Positions 1 through 10,958 of a stretch of 64,000 bases of DNA are shown here, one piece after another. The number at the start of each line of letters is the position of its first letter. Position 1 is the stretch's first letter. The notes under the pieces were generated by a model. The model worked only from the letters and a program-made list of their open reading frames with translations. It searched no databases and was not told the DNA's origin. The translations under genes were made by a program, and so were the position numbers. Source of the DNA: Candidatus Multivoradales bacterium (GTDB lineage: Bacteria > Acidobacteriota > Thermoanaerobaculia > Multivoradales > Multivoraceae); NCBI GenBank assembly GCA_965223325.1, contig CBDCWI010000002.1, positions 2,336,001 to 2,400,000 on the forward strand. The letters run 5' to 3'.

Positions 1-2
1 AA

Positions 3-92
3 CGCAACTACGTACAACGCCTGATCGAGATTGGCGAGCACGACGCCGAAGCAAGAATGACCGACCTGGTACGCCTGGTAGAAAGCGGGTGA
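3..92 (+). CDS. 3' end of a gene entering from the left, possibly a patatin-like phospholipase
   Basis: Open frame RNYVQRLIEIGEHDAEARMTDLVRLVESG* ends at TGA 90-92; resembles the C-terminal 'Y..RLIE.G..DA' of bacterial patatins. Only 29 aa visible. Confidence 0.4.
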   Translation, partial: RNYVQRLIEIGEHDAEARMTDLVRLVESG

Positions 93-117
93 GACCTCCG
101 TCCTTGCCGCTTTCTGA

Positions 118-330
118 TTGGTTGGTGCTCGTGGCTGTCGAGATGGGAGGACGGGGCCGCGCGTGGCGCCGGTGGGCGACGACCCAGGGCACGGCGGCGC
201 TTCTTCGGACTGCCATGGGTAGCCTCGCCTGCGCTCGCCGGCCGCAGGTCGGTCGCCGCCAGCGAAGGTGTTGCTAGTTCGGCCGGCGAGAGCACCCTGG
301 ATCGTCGCCCACGCGGCCCCCCGCGCTCTC
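118..330. repeat. Structured intergenic element, family A, copy 1 (candidate ncRNA or non-autonomous element)
   Basis: Nested stems gtgggcgacgacccaggg/ccctggatcgtcgcccac and ctcgccggccg/cggccggcgag; shares conserved blocks with the inverted copies at 32288-32907. Confidence 0.6.
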
Positions 331-579
331 GCGGTACTACGGCGGCAGAAAAGCGGCACCTAGACGGACGGGAGTCTCTGTTAGGACGGGGGATCGCGCA
401 GGCCGCTCCGACCGGGCGGCCTAACACGACAACTGACAGAGAATCGAGAGGCGCGCGACCCCAAGGGGCGCTTTCCAGGTTTCGTTGTAGACCAGACGGA
501 AACTAGGAACAGCTCGGTGATGCCACTCCGGCGACACCTCCCCAAAGCACCGACGAGCACCTGGAGAAGCTTCTGCGCC

Positions 580-975
580 AGCCGCCGGAGGCGCGGGCAT
601 GAAGGCGCGATGTGCGAAGCACGAGCGTGCACCCCCCCTCACCCCCACTTGAACGCGAGGTGTACTCCGAAAGGGCGGAGGGTGGAGCGAGGGACTGCCC
701 GTGTAGCAATCAGGCGGGAAGGGCGCAGGATCCAGCTTAGGTGTGCACGGGGTGCGTGGCGGATCAGGGCGGGCAAGTGTTTGAGCGGAGCATCGACACA
801 GAAACCAGGCCGCAGGTGACGCAACGGGCCCAACAAAACCACCACCACACGCACAGCGAAGCGCAGCGAGTTTTGCCCGCCCCCGCCACGTGCCTCGGGC
901 ACACCTTAGCTGGATGCGCCGGCCGTCGCGGAGCGGGCAGGCCCTCGCTCCACCCTCCGCCCGGCGACCCGGCAC
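580..975. repeat. ~400-bp long-hairpin repeat, family B, copy 1
   Basis: Near-identical to 1002-1395; internal inverted arms 673-962 (gggcggagggtggagcgaggg ... ccctcgctccaccctccgccc). Confidence 0.85.
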
Positions 976-1001
976 AACCCGCGAACAACACTCTCGACGC
1001 T

Positions 1002-1395
1002 AGCCGGAGAAGGCGCGCGCATGAAGGCGCGATGTGCGAAGCACGAGCGTGCACCCCCCCTCACCCCCACTTGAACGCGAGGTGTACTCCGAAAGGGCGG
1101 AGGGTGGAGCGAGGGACTGCCCGCGTAGCAATCAGGCGGGAAAGGCGCAGGATCCAGCTTAGGTGTGCACGGGGTGCGTGGCGGATCAGGGCGGGCAAGT
1201 GTTTGAGCGGAGCATCGACACAGAAACCAGGCCGCAGGTGACGCAACGGGCCCAACAAGTACCACCACACGCCCAGCGAAGCGCAGCGAGTTTTGCCCGC
1301 CCCCGCCACGTGCCTCGGGCACACCTTAGCTGGATGCGCCGGCCGTCGCGGAGCGGGCAGGCCCTCGCTCCACCCTCCGCCCGGCGACCCGGCAC
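1002..1395. repeat. ~400-bp long-hairpin repeat, family B, copy 2
   Basis: Direct repeat of 580-975 with a period of about 422 bp; inverted arms 1095-1382. Confidence 0.85.
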
Positions 1396-1479
1396 ATCCT
1401 CACAATCCCGAACCGATCATCCCAACCACGACCAACCACAAACGCAGCAGCCAAGACGCCGGCCTACAAGACGCCGAAA

Positions 1480-2559
<1,080 letters not shown>

Positions 2560-2701
2560 GCGATGGATCTCCTTCTGGGAAACGGGCACGGGCCACTGGA
2601 ACGGACCTCCAGTGGGCTCGCGCGATCCCCGCGGCGCCTCTAAAAATTGTTCCGCAGATGGTAACAGTCGAACCGGGCGTCTTCTTCGGTGTCTTCTGCT
2701 G

Positions 2702-3292
2702 TCAGGCCGGTGCGAGGCCTAGCCGTTCGAGCAGGTTGCGAAGGATCCAGGCCATCGGGCCGAAGATCCGGTGACGCCCGACATGCCAGACCTCTTCCTC
2801 GAAGGCCTGGCCCTCGTGCTCGAAGACCTGCTGCTCGACCAGACGCGGAGAAGCGACTGCCACCAGGGGCAAGCCAAGAACGAAAGAGCGCTCCAGTGGC
2901 GAGCCGTCGCCGCCTGGACTGGGAACCGCCGCCACGCAGGGCAACATGCTGGTGCCATCGGCGAGGCCGATCGCATCCAGTTCGCCAATCCGCAGGACCT
3001 CGTTGGACCCCAGGCCGAGTTCACCTTCGGCTGATCGCGCCGCGGCCTCCCAGGGGTTTTCTCCTTTGGCGTAGGCGCCGGCTGGGAAGGCAATGCCCGA
3101 GGCTGCCAGAGTTTCGATCTCGGGTCGCTCCGAGACGTAGACCCAGAGTTCTCCGGCCTCGACATAGAGCGGCACCAGAACGGCAAGAGAGTCGTCGGCA
3201 CCGGCGGCACTTGCGCCATTGCCAGACGGTAGAGGGTGCGGTGGCGGCTCGGCAAGGCGTTTCTTGAGTTCGAGAATCCAGGAAGAGGTCAT
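2702..3292 (-). CDS. Nudix-fold protein, CoA-pyrophosphatase (NudL)-like, with degenerate Nudix box
   Basis: AVLVPLY, IAFPAG...[18 protein letters not shown], and C-terminal [13 protein letters not shown] resembling IWGATA. Confidence 0.7.
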   Translation of the reverse strand: MTSSWILELKKRLAEPPPHPLPSGNGASAAGADDSLAVLVPLYVEAGELWVYVSERPEIETLAASGIAFPAGAYAKGENPWEAAARSAEGELGLGSNEVLRIGELDAIGLADGTSMLPCVAAVPSPGGDGSPLERSFVLGLPLVAVASPRLVEQQVFEHEGQAFEEEVWHVGRHRIFGPMAWILRNLLERLGLAPA

Positions 3293-3302
3293 GGCGCTTG
3301 CA

Positions 3303-4823
3303 TCATAGAGCCTGCGGGCGCAACTCTTCATCGACGAGCTCGACCTCGAACCGTTCTCGGCCCTCTGGCGATGCGCCGGGCAAGAGGAGTCGGAGGCGAT
3401 AGAAGAACCAGTCGCCCCTTGCCCACCAAACGGCGTGGACCGCTTCGGGCCTGTCGAAGCCAATCTCGAAGCGCACGTCGCCGTCTGCTTCGAGCATCAA
3501 CTCGCGGACCTCAGCGCCTTCGAGACCGAGCGAACTGGGCACGTTGTCACCCCCAACCCGGGCGACGAGCCGGTCGAGTGCCCGCGGAGCTGCGACCAGG
3601 ACTGTCGCTGGTTCGTCAGCCTCGACTTCGAACACCCCGCGTGCTCCCGCCGTCGCACCGGCGCGGGTCCAGATGAAGAGACCGGCCGGGGTCAGCTGGC
3701 CTTCGTCAGCGAGCGCGAAACGTTGGCTTGTCGGGGCAGGCAAGCGGCTCTCGAGGAAGGTGCGACCGCGTTCGGCGTAACGCAGCTCGAGCACCCGGGC
3801 CGTGTCAGGAAGACGCGGGGCAACCCAGTCACCTGGAAGCTGCGGCGAAGCAACGACCAGGGCCAGGATCCCACTGGCCAGAACCAGACTGACGCGAATG
3901 TGGTTACCAGCCAGAAACCAGAAGGCCGGGAAGACAACCAGGAACGAACGCGGGAGGTGTGCGCCCGCCCCTTCGCCAAACCAGAAGTCGAACGGCCAGA
4001 GGGCGAGTGGCGCGAGCAGAATGACCGCCAGCGCCGCCAAGAGCGCCATGCGTGCGCGCGAGGCCTCGAGACCAAAGAGCGGCAACACGACGCCCGGAAA
4101 CGCAACCAGAAACCCGACCGTCGAGCCCAGAAAGAGGAGCAGCAGGTTGCGGCGCAGGAGAGCTCCGTCGAGCGATGCGCCACTGAAGGCTTCTTCGACC
4201 CCTGCCGCCACCATCCCGTCGAGGGAGGGCGTCGCATCACCTGTGACCGCACCAAACAGCACCGCACCCACGCCGATGCCCGTTACGACACCACCCAGGT
4301 ACGGCACCAGGGCACGGACCAGGCCCGTTCGCCTGAAGGGTAGAACCGCGATCGCCGCCAGGGCGAGGGCGAGATGAATTGGAAACGTGGTCGCCGAAAG
4401 GCCCAGGCCCACACCTGCTACTCCCCAACGCAGAGGTGTCCAGAGCGAGGCCGCGCCGTCCGAAGGGTCGTAGACATCGCGCACGACCACCTCACCCGGC
4501 CGTCGGTCGATGAAGATCAGGGCCAGCGCCAGCGCTGTCGAGGCGGAGAGGAGTACCAGGCGAGGTTCTTTCTGAAGGGCGTGGCCGTAGCGTGAGGCGA
4601 GGATGAGAATCGCAACCATCAACGGTGCTGCCGAACCCACCGATCGTGAAAGGGCGAAGGCGGCGAAGCCAGCGGCTACGACCAGCAACACACCTGCGGT
4701 CAAGCGCATCGCTGTGTCGGTCGCGCCCTCGGCTGAAGCAGACGGGAGCGCGGCAGCAAGCACCACCACACAAACCACCACCAGGACCGCCCAGCTGGCG
4801 TAGCGCGAGGATTCAGGATGCAT
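3303..4823 (-). CDS. Multi-pass membrane protein, possibly GT-C-like
   Basis: About 10 hydrophobic segments followed by a soluble C-terminal domain; overlaps the end of the upstream GT4 gene. Confidence 0.65.
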   Translation of the reverse strand: MHPESSRYASWAVLVVVCVVVLAAALPSASAEGATDTAMRLTAGVLLVVAAGFAAFALSRSVGSAAPLMVAILILASRYGHALQKEPRLVLLSASTALALALIFIDRRPGEVVVRDVYDPSDGAASLWTPLRWGVAGVGLGLSATTFPIHLALALAAIAVLPFRRTGLVRALVPYLGGVVTGIGVGAVLFGAVTGDATPSLDGMVAAGVEEAFSGASLDGALLRRNLLLLFLGSTVGFLVAFPGVVLPLFGLEASRARMALLAALAVILLAPLALWPFDFWFGEGAGAHLPRSFLVVFPAFWFLAGNHIRVSLVLASGILALVVASPQLPGDWVAPRLPDTARVLELRYAERGRTFLESRLPAPTSQRFALADEGQLTPAGLFIWTRAGATAGARGVFEVEADEPATVLVAAPRALDRLVARVGGDNVPSSLGLEGAEVRELMLEADGDVRFEIGFDRPEAVHAVWWARGDWFFYRLRLLLPGASPEGRERFEVELVDEELRPQAL

Positions 4824-6642
4824 GCCGCGCGCCCTCCCGAATTGCGGACCCGGCCGACCAGGCCCCTTCGAGCTGCGAAACCAACTGGGCTGGATCCTGG
4901 TCTTCGCTGGCAGTCGACGCAATGATCGGGGTGCGCGCATTCCCTGCTAGCAGCGCGCCCTCGACGACGTGCGCAGTGATCGACAATCGAACCGCCCCCA
5001 GCGGCCGCCGCAGCTCGATCTCGAAGTCGTAACTCTCACCCGGGTCGAGGTCGCGTGGCAGCCGCAGCCACGGTCGATGCTCGAGCTCGCAGCCGCTACC
5101 GTCAAGAAGGGCGATCGCGAGCGCGATTCCTCCCGCCCCTCGCCGACCGGCAAGCAGGCGGCAGAAGCCGGTGTTGGTGAGGCGAACGACGAACGTCCGT
5201 CGCGTACCGGGATCCCAACGGAGAGACACTTGCTCATCGCTCGAGTCGCTTGCCACAAAGCGGAGCTCCGCTGCCGGCCGCGTCCAGGTCAGCGACGTCG
5301 GTCGTCGTGGGGTGAAACCTCCTCGCCCGCCGGGCTCACCGTTACCGCCGGCTCTGTGCTCGCGCTCTTCATCCAAGAGCTCCTCGATGGCTTCCACCAT
5401 CGCCCTGGCGGCGGCATCCGGGTCGTGTTGGCGCTCGATCAACTCGCGCGCCGCGCGACCGGATGCTTCGATCCGGCCAGAATCTGCAAGCAGTTCCGCA
5501 ACCGCAGACGCCAGCGCCCGAACCTCTCCGCCCCCTCCGCCCTCTCCGCTCTCCACCTGCGCGACCGCTGGCAATGGGATCTTTACCACCGACCGGTCGT
5601 CGAGTTGGGCGAACTGGGCGTAGTCTGAAACCACAGCGCCCCGACCGAGCGCAAAGATTCGCAGCAACGAAGCCGACGTCTCGCCTGCTGTCGGGTAGCG
5701 CAGGTTGACGCACAGGTCAGTGGCGCGAATCGCCGGTGCAAAGTCTTCATCCGAGAGAAAGCCGGTGACCTGCACGCGTTCGGCAACGCCATGCTCGCGC
5801 GCCAACTCCATCAGGCCCTGACCCGGCGAAACCTCACCGCCGATCAACAACCAGACATCGGCGAGACGAGGGTCGGCAAGTGCTTCGACCACGACTCGGG
5901 TGCGCTTGATCGGAGTCTGGAAACCAAAGGAACCCAGCACCGTGGCACTCTGCGGGATGCCGTAGCGATCGCGGAGCCGAAGCGCCTTCTCATCCAGCGA
6001 AGCATCGAGGGCGGGCGCCGGCATCGGCATGGGCACCGGTCTGACACGTGCCGCCCCACCGAGCTCTTCTCTCACCGTCTCGGCTGCCCATTCGCTGTGC
6101 ACCAGGATCCCGGCCTGCCGCTCGAGCAGGACACGGTTGGCGGGCAGCGCGAACATCGGCGCATCTCCCCAGGCCGACCAGCGACGCGGCAGCGCAACCG
6201 CACCACCGACCCAGCCATGACAGGCGGTCAACTCCGCCACATAGGAGGTCATGTCGCCGCTCGCCAGGGTCCGTTCCACCAGGAGGTGATGTAGCCACAC
6301 GTCGTGCAGGGTCACGATTCCGGGGTGGGCGAGGGCGAGGTCACGAATCTCCTCGTGGTGACGGTTGTTCCCCATCTGGAAGAGCGGCACCGGCTTGCGG
6401 ACCCCGAGACGGCCGGCCTCCGACGGGTCGGCGGTGGCCTCCTTCCATAGGACCGGTCTGAAGCGCCGGCGCACCTCTAGTGAAACTTCTTGCCCGGGAA
6501 CTCTTACGACGGCCACCGAGGCGTAGTTCTCGAGCAATGGCAGAAGATCGACGCTGTAGTCGGAAATCCCCGAGCGCACCGGCGGCAGGGGGGAAACGTA
6601 GGCCAGGACCAGCCGCCCGCCTCGCGAATTGTCCTTCGCCAC
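4813..6642 (-). CDS. Glycosyltransferase family 4 (GT-B) with C-terminal extension
   Basis: AYVSPLPPVRSGISDYS, QMGNNRHH, VTLHD, LRYPTAGETSASLLR motifs; GTG start just after the prfB stop. Confidence 0.85.
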   Translation of the reverse strand: MAKDNSRGGRLVLAYVSPLPPVRSGISDYSVDLLPLLENYASVAVVRVPGQEVSLEVRRRFRPVLWKEATADPSEAGRLGVRKPVPLFQMGNNRHHEEIRDLALAHPGIVTLHDVWLHHLLVERTLASGDMTSYVAELTACHGWVGGAVALPRRWSAWGDAPMFALPANRVLLERQAGILVHSEWAAETVREELGGAARVRPVPMPMPAPALDASLDEKALRLRDRYGIPQSATVLGSFGFQTPIKRTRVVVEALADPRLADVWLLIGGEVSPGQGLMELAREHGVAERVQVTGFLSDEDFAPAIRATDLCVNLRYPTAGETSASLLRIFALGRGAVVSDYAQFAQLDDRSVVKIPLPAVAQVESGEGGGGGEVRALASAVAELLADSGRIEASGRAARELIERQHDPDAAARAMVEAIEELLDEEREHRAGGNGEPGGRGGFTPRRPTSLTWTRPAAELRFVASDSSDEQVSLRWDPGTRRTFVVRLTNTGFCRLLAGRRGAGGIALAIALLDGSGCELEHRPWLRLPRDLDPGESYDFEIELRRPLGAVRLSITAHVVEGALLAGNARTPIIASTASEDQDPAQLVSQLEGAWSAGSAIREGARHAS

Positions 6643-6653
6643 GCCCGGGACCT

Positions 6654-7767
6654 CTAAGGCCCTCTCTCGGCCGGCCCATTCATCTGCGTTTTGAGCCACT
6701 CTTCGATGAACGGGTCGACATCTCCGTCGAGGACGCGGTTGGCGTCGCCGACCTCGAAATTGGTGCGGTGGTCCTTGACGCGCTGCGACGGATGCAGGGT
6801 GTAGCTGCGTATCTGCGAGCCCCACCCGATCTCCATCTTCTCGCCCTCGCGCTGCGCCTGCTCTTCGGCACGCTTCTCGAGTTCGAGTTGGTAGAGGCGC
6901 GCCCGCAAGACCTTCATCGCGGTGGCTTTGTTCTTGTGCTGACTGCGCTCGTTCTGACAGCTGACGACGATGCCCGTTGGGTTGTGCGTAATGCGCACCG
7001 CCGAATCGGTGACGTTGACGTGCTGCCCGCCGGCGCCCGACGAGCGGTAGGTGTCGATGCGCAGGTCTTTCTCGTCGAGATCGATCTCGATCTCATCGTC
7101 GATGTCGGGATAGGTGTGCATCGACGCGAAGGCGGTGTGACGGCGCGCCGCAGCGTCGAAGGGACTGATGCGAACCAGGCGGTGAACGCCACTCTCACCT
7201 TTCAAGTAGCCGTAGGCATACTCACCCCGCACGGCACAGGTGGCGCTCTTGATGCCTGCCTCTTCTCCGTCTTGACGTTCGAGCAGCTCGACCTCGAAGC
7301 CACTACGCTCCGCCCAGCGCAAATACATGCGCAGCAGCATCTCGGCCCAGTCCTGGGAGTCTGTGCCGCCGGCACCAGGATGGATCTCGAAGATCGCATC
7401 GCGTTCATCGTCGGGCCCGGAGAGCTTGAACTCGAGCTCGAGTTTCTCAACCCGCGCGCCGACTGCCTTCAAGAATGAATCGAGCTCTGCCCCGGTTTCC
7501 CCTTCGCCGGCCAACTCCCGCCAGGCGCCGAGATCTTCGGCGTCACTCTCGAGCTGATCGATCGCACCAAGGCGTCGTTCGATGCTCTTGCGCTTGCGCA
7601 CCAGCGGCGCACTGGCCTGTGGGTCCTCCCAAAAGTCGGGGCGCTGCATCTCGTGGTCGAGAGATTTCAGCTCGTCTTCGAGGGGGGCGCGGTCAAAGAT
7701 ACCCCCGAAGGTGGAGTAGCCTTTCCGCAAGGTCATCGAAGCGTTGGGTCAGTTCATGTGAAAGCAC
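6654..7767 (-). CDS. prfB: Peptide chain release factor 2 with programmed +1 frameshift
   Basis: SPF anticodon motif (RISPFD) and GGQ (GAGGQHVN); first frame MLSHELTQRFDDLAERLLHLRGYL* ends at CGGGGG-TAT-CTT-TGA-C and continues +1 as DRAPLEDEL. Confidence 0.95.
7692..7707 (-). promoter_or_regulatory. prfB programmed frameshift cassette (internal SD + CTT TGA C)
   Basis: Minus strand cgggggtatctttgac matches the canonical RF2 autoregulatory site. Confidence 0.93.
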
Positions 7768-7800
7768 GATGTTCTCGAGGTTGCCAGCGTTCTCACCGGC

Positions 7801-9393
7801 TCAACTCGAACCAGGGCGCCGGATCGCTGTGAACCCTATCGCACCGAGGAGCACCAGAACGGCGATGCCGGGGACCAACCACGGCAGTCGTACGAACGGT
7901 GTCAGGCCCTCGCGCCCGGCAATCGGCGCCCGCAGAACACCGCGCTCGCCGACGCCGAGCTCGGCGGCAATCCGGCCGCGCGAATCGATCACCGCCGAAA
8001 CGCCGGTCAGGGCCGCCCGCAGGAGAGGACGACCATTCTCCGCAGCACGAAACTGTGCCGCCCGCAGGTGTTGCCGCGGAGCGAAGGTATCGCCGTACCA
8101 GGCGTCGTTGGTGATGGTGGCGAGAATCGTGGCACCAGAACGCGTTCGCTCCACGACCTCGGTCGGAAAGACGATTTCGAAGCAGATCGACATTCCGATC
8201 CGCGCGTCACCCCAGGGCAGGAGTGCGAGCTCCGTTCCCGGAGAAAAGTCTCCGGCCTCACGCGCCAGGCCCGAGATGAACGGCAGTAGATCGCCGAGCG
8301 GAACGTACTCGCCGAACGGCACCAGGTGCAGCTTCTCGTACCGCCCGCGCACACCGTTCTCGTCGATGGCAAACGCCGCGTTGCGCACGACTTCTTCATC
8401 CTGCCAGGCGGCGCTGTTGAAGATCGCCCAGCAACCGCCAGACACCGCATCGAGCAGGTTGCGGCGAACGACGGTGAACGTCTCCCAGCCGTAGGGGTAG
8501 AGCGCACTTTCAGGCAGGAGGAGGAGTGCACCGGGTTGGTCACAGAGCGGTTCGAGCTGCGCGATCAAGTTCTGGTAGTCCTTTTGACTTGCGACCTCGT
8601 TGAAGACCGGGCGAACGGGAATGTTTGGCTGGACAACGCGCACCGGGCCGCTCTCGCCAACCTGTCGCGTGCCGTTGTCGAGCCGCGAGGTGACGAAGAT
8701 CAAAGCCGCGACTGCAGTAACGACGCCCAACACTGCGGTCTGCACGCGGCGAACGGAATCCAACGCCTCCAGCCTCCAGGCGAGCCACAAGAACGCCAAC
8801 GCACCATTGACCGCCACCACGCACCACGAAAGACCCCAGCTGCCGATGAAAGCCGTCGCTTCCAGTGCACCCGGAACCGACACCGCACCGTAGGCGGCGA
8901 GATTCCAGGGAAAGCCACTGAACATGTACTGGCGCACGATCTCGAGGACGACCCAGAGGGCGGGCAGGGCGAGGATCACCATACTCAGCTGTGCGCTGAA
9001 GACGCTTGCTTTTGCGCTGGCGCTCCTCGCCAACCGGCGCGCGAGGGCATTGCCAAAGCCGGCGAAGAAAGCGTGGTAGCTCCCCAAATAGAGCCCCAGG
9101 ACCAGCACCAACAGCACGCCCACGACGACCGGCAGCCCGCCGTAGGTCACCAGGAAGCGGTACATCCACGACACCGAGACCAGCCAGGCGACCGCACCGT
9201 GCAACCAACCGAGTAGGAAGGCGCGCCGAGCCGAGACCCCGGAATCGAGCACTAAGACGACCAGCGGACTCAGTCCCACCCACACCAGGAACGGGTCTGG
9301 GTGCGACCGGAAGACCAACCCCCACAGGGCACCGAACAGCGCCATGATCAAAGGGAGCGCCACACCGCGCCTCTGTATGGGGCGAACCTTCAC
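7801..9393 (-). CDS. lnt: Apolipoprotein N-acyltransferase
   Basis: GFPW, VQPNIP, LPESA, YEKLHLVPFGEYVP, ICFEIVF, TNDAWYG, RAAENGR; start codon uncertain (9393 or 9432). Confidence 0.93.
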   Translation of the reverse strand: MKVRPIQRRGVALPLIMALFGALWGLVFRSHPDPFLVWVGLSPLVVLVLDSGVSARRAFLLGWLHGAVAWLVSVSWMYRFLVTYGGLPVVVGVLLVLVLGLYLGSYHAFFAGFGNALARRLARSASAKASVFSAQLSMVILALPALWVVLEIVRQYMFSGFPWNLAAYGAVSVPGALEATAFIGSWGLSWCVVAVNGALAFLWLAWRLEALDSVRRVQTAVLGVVTAVAALIFVTSRLDNGTRQVGESGPVRVVQPNIPVRPVFNEVASQKDYQNLIAQLEPLCDQPGALLLLPESALYPYGWETFTVVRRNLLDAVSGGCWAIFNSAAWQDEEVVRNAAFAIDENGVRGRYEKLHLVPFGEYVPLGDLLPFISGLAREAGDFSPGTELALLPWGDARIGMSICFEIVFPTEVVERTRSGATILATITNDAWYGDTFAPRQHLRAAQFRAAENGRPLLRAALTGVSAVIDSRGRIAAELGVGERGVLRAPIAGREGLTPFVRLPWLVPGIAVLVLLGAIGFTAIRRPGSS

Positions 9394-9441
9394 ACCGTCA
9401 CCCCAACGACTCGGAGCCGCTGCGGCGCCCACGGCGCCAGG

Positions 9442-10083
9442 TCATGGAGTGCGTGCGGTGATCCAGGTATCGAGGCGGTAGCCCTGACGAATCCTGGTGG
9501 CCTCACGATCGGCCACGTCGCGCTCGTCGAACGGGCCGACCCGCACGCGGTACATCGTACGACCGTCGACTTCGACGGGTGACAGGAAGGCGTTGAACCC
9601 GCCACCGCGCAGCCGGTCGACGACCGACTCCGCTTGCGGGGCGTCCTGGCTCGAGAAGACCTGGATGATCCACGGCCCCGTCGACGCGTCGTCGCTGGCC
9701 GACGCCGTTGCAGCGGGCGGACTCGCCGCCGGTTGGGCCGCCGGAGCCGTCGTCGTAGTGGAGGTCGCGGGGGCCGGTGCCGGCACGCTGGTGGTAGCGC
9801 GCGCCGGGGTAGATGGCTGACTGGCAGGCTGCGAGGCCGGCTCGGCGGCACCAGCGTTGTCACGCTCGCCATCCTCACCGAAGAACTCGAACGGATCTCC
9901 GCCGCCCTCGAGGCTCTCGTCGACCGAAGCATTGACCGCTGTTGGAGCGTCTGTCTGACGACCGAACCAGACTCCCGAAAGGAATGCCCCCACAAGGGCA
10001 GCGAGCGTCACGAAGAACACCAACAGAACCTGGCGGTTCGTCAGCGCAATCTCGTACCAGAGCCCCTCGTCCTGTTCACTCAT
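9442..10083 (-). CDS. SPOR-domain membrane protein (FtsN/DedD-like)
   Basis: N-terminal TM helix, Pro/Ala/Thr linker, C-terminal WIIQV..S...A...YRVRVGPF. Confidence 0.85.
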   Translation of the reverse strand: MSEQDEGLWYEIALTNRQVLLVFFVTLAALVGAFLSGVWFGRQTDAPTAVNASVDESLEGGGDPFEFFGEDGERDNAGAAEPASQPASQPSTPARATTSVPAPAPATSTTTTAPAAQPAASPPAATASASDDASTGPWIIQVFSSQDAPQAESVVDRLRGGGFNAFLSPVEVDGRTMYRVRVGPFDERDVADREATRIRQGYRLDTWITARTP

Positions 10084-10125
10084 GTTCTTCGCACGTGCTG
10101 TTCATCGATGGTGCGCGCTCCAACC

Positions 10126-10893
10126 TCAGCTTTGACCGCTCTTGCCGCGCTGGAACGCCTCCAGCAGGTCGATCGGCAGCGGGAAGAGGATCGTCGAGTT
10201 TCGTTCGGTCGCAATCTCGGCGAGCGTCTGCAGGTAGCGTAGCTGCAAGGTGGTGGGGTTGAGGCTCATCGCGTCAGCCGCCGCTGCCAGGGCCTGTGAA
10301 GCCTGCTGCTCACCGTCGGCATGAATGATCTTGGCGCGCTTCTCACGCTCGGCTTCGGCCTGCTTGGCCATTGCGCGCAGCATCTCCTGCGGAAGATCGG
10401 CGCTCTTGACCTCGACCATCGAGACCTTGATGCCCCAGGGGTCGGTCTGCTGGTCGATGACTTCCTGCAGCTGGTCGTTGAGGCGCTCGCGATCGGAGAG
10501 CAGCTCATCGAGCTCCGCCTGGCCGAGAATGGCGCGCAGAGTCGTCTGGGCGAGCTGACTGGTGGCGTAGAGGTAGTTCTCGACCTCGACGACCGCTTTG
10601 TTCGGGTCGACGACGCGGAAGTAGACCACCGCATTGACCTTCACCGACACATTGTCGCGCGTGATGACGTCCTGCGGCGGCACATCCAGAACGACGGTGC
10701 GGAGCGACACACGCACCAGACGATCGAGCGGCCAGAAGACGAACACCAGCCCCGGACCCTTGACGTCCTCGAGCAGGCGGCCGAGCCGGAAGACGACGGC
10801 GCGTTCGTACTCGGGAAGTACCTGAATCCAGCGGCTGAGAAAAATCAGGCCGCCAACAAAGAGCGCCATGATGAACGGCAAGAAGGCTGTCAT
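10126..10893 (-). CDS. Slipin / SPFH (band 7, stomatin-like) protein
   Basis: [51 protein letters not shown]. Confidence 0.93.
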   Translation of the reverse strand: MTAFLPFIMALFVGGLIFLSRWIQVLPEYERAVVFRLGRLLEDVKGPGLVFVFWPLDRLVRVSLRTVVLDVPPQDVITRDNVSVKVNAVVYFRVVDPNKAVVEVENYLYATSQLAQTTLRAILGQAELDELLSDRERLNDQLQEVIDQQTDPWGIKVSMVEVKSADLPQEMLRAMAKQAEAEREKRAKIIHADGEQQASQALAAAADAMSLNPTTLQLRYLQTLAEIATERNSTILFPLPIDLLEAFQRGKSGQS

Positions 10894-10958
10894 TTCATTC
10901 TCCTGGTTCGAAAAAGAGCTTGGCCGGGACCTAGACCGTCGCTGCCGTACTGTCGGGA

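Noticed and set aside
375-445. Integron attC site (GTTAGG / GCCTAAC boxes)
   Set aside because: The boxes are in the wrong order for attC, and there is no cassette array or integrase.
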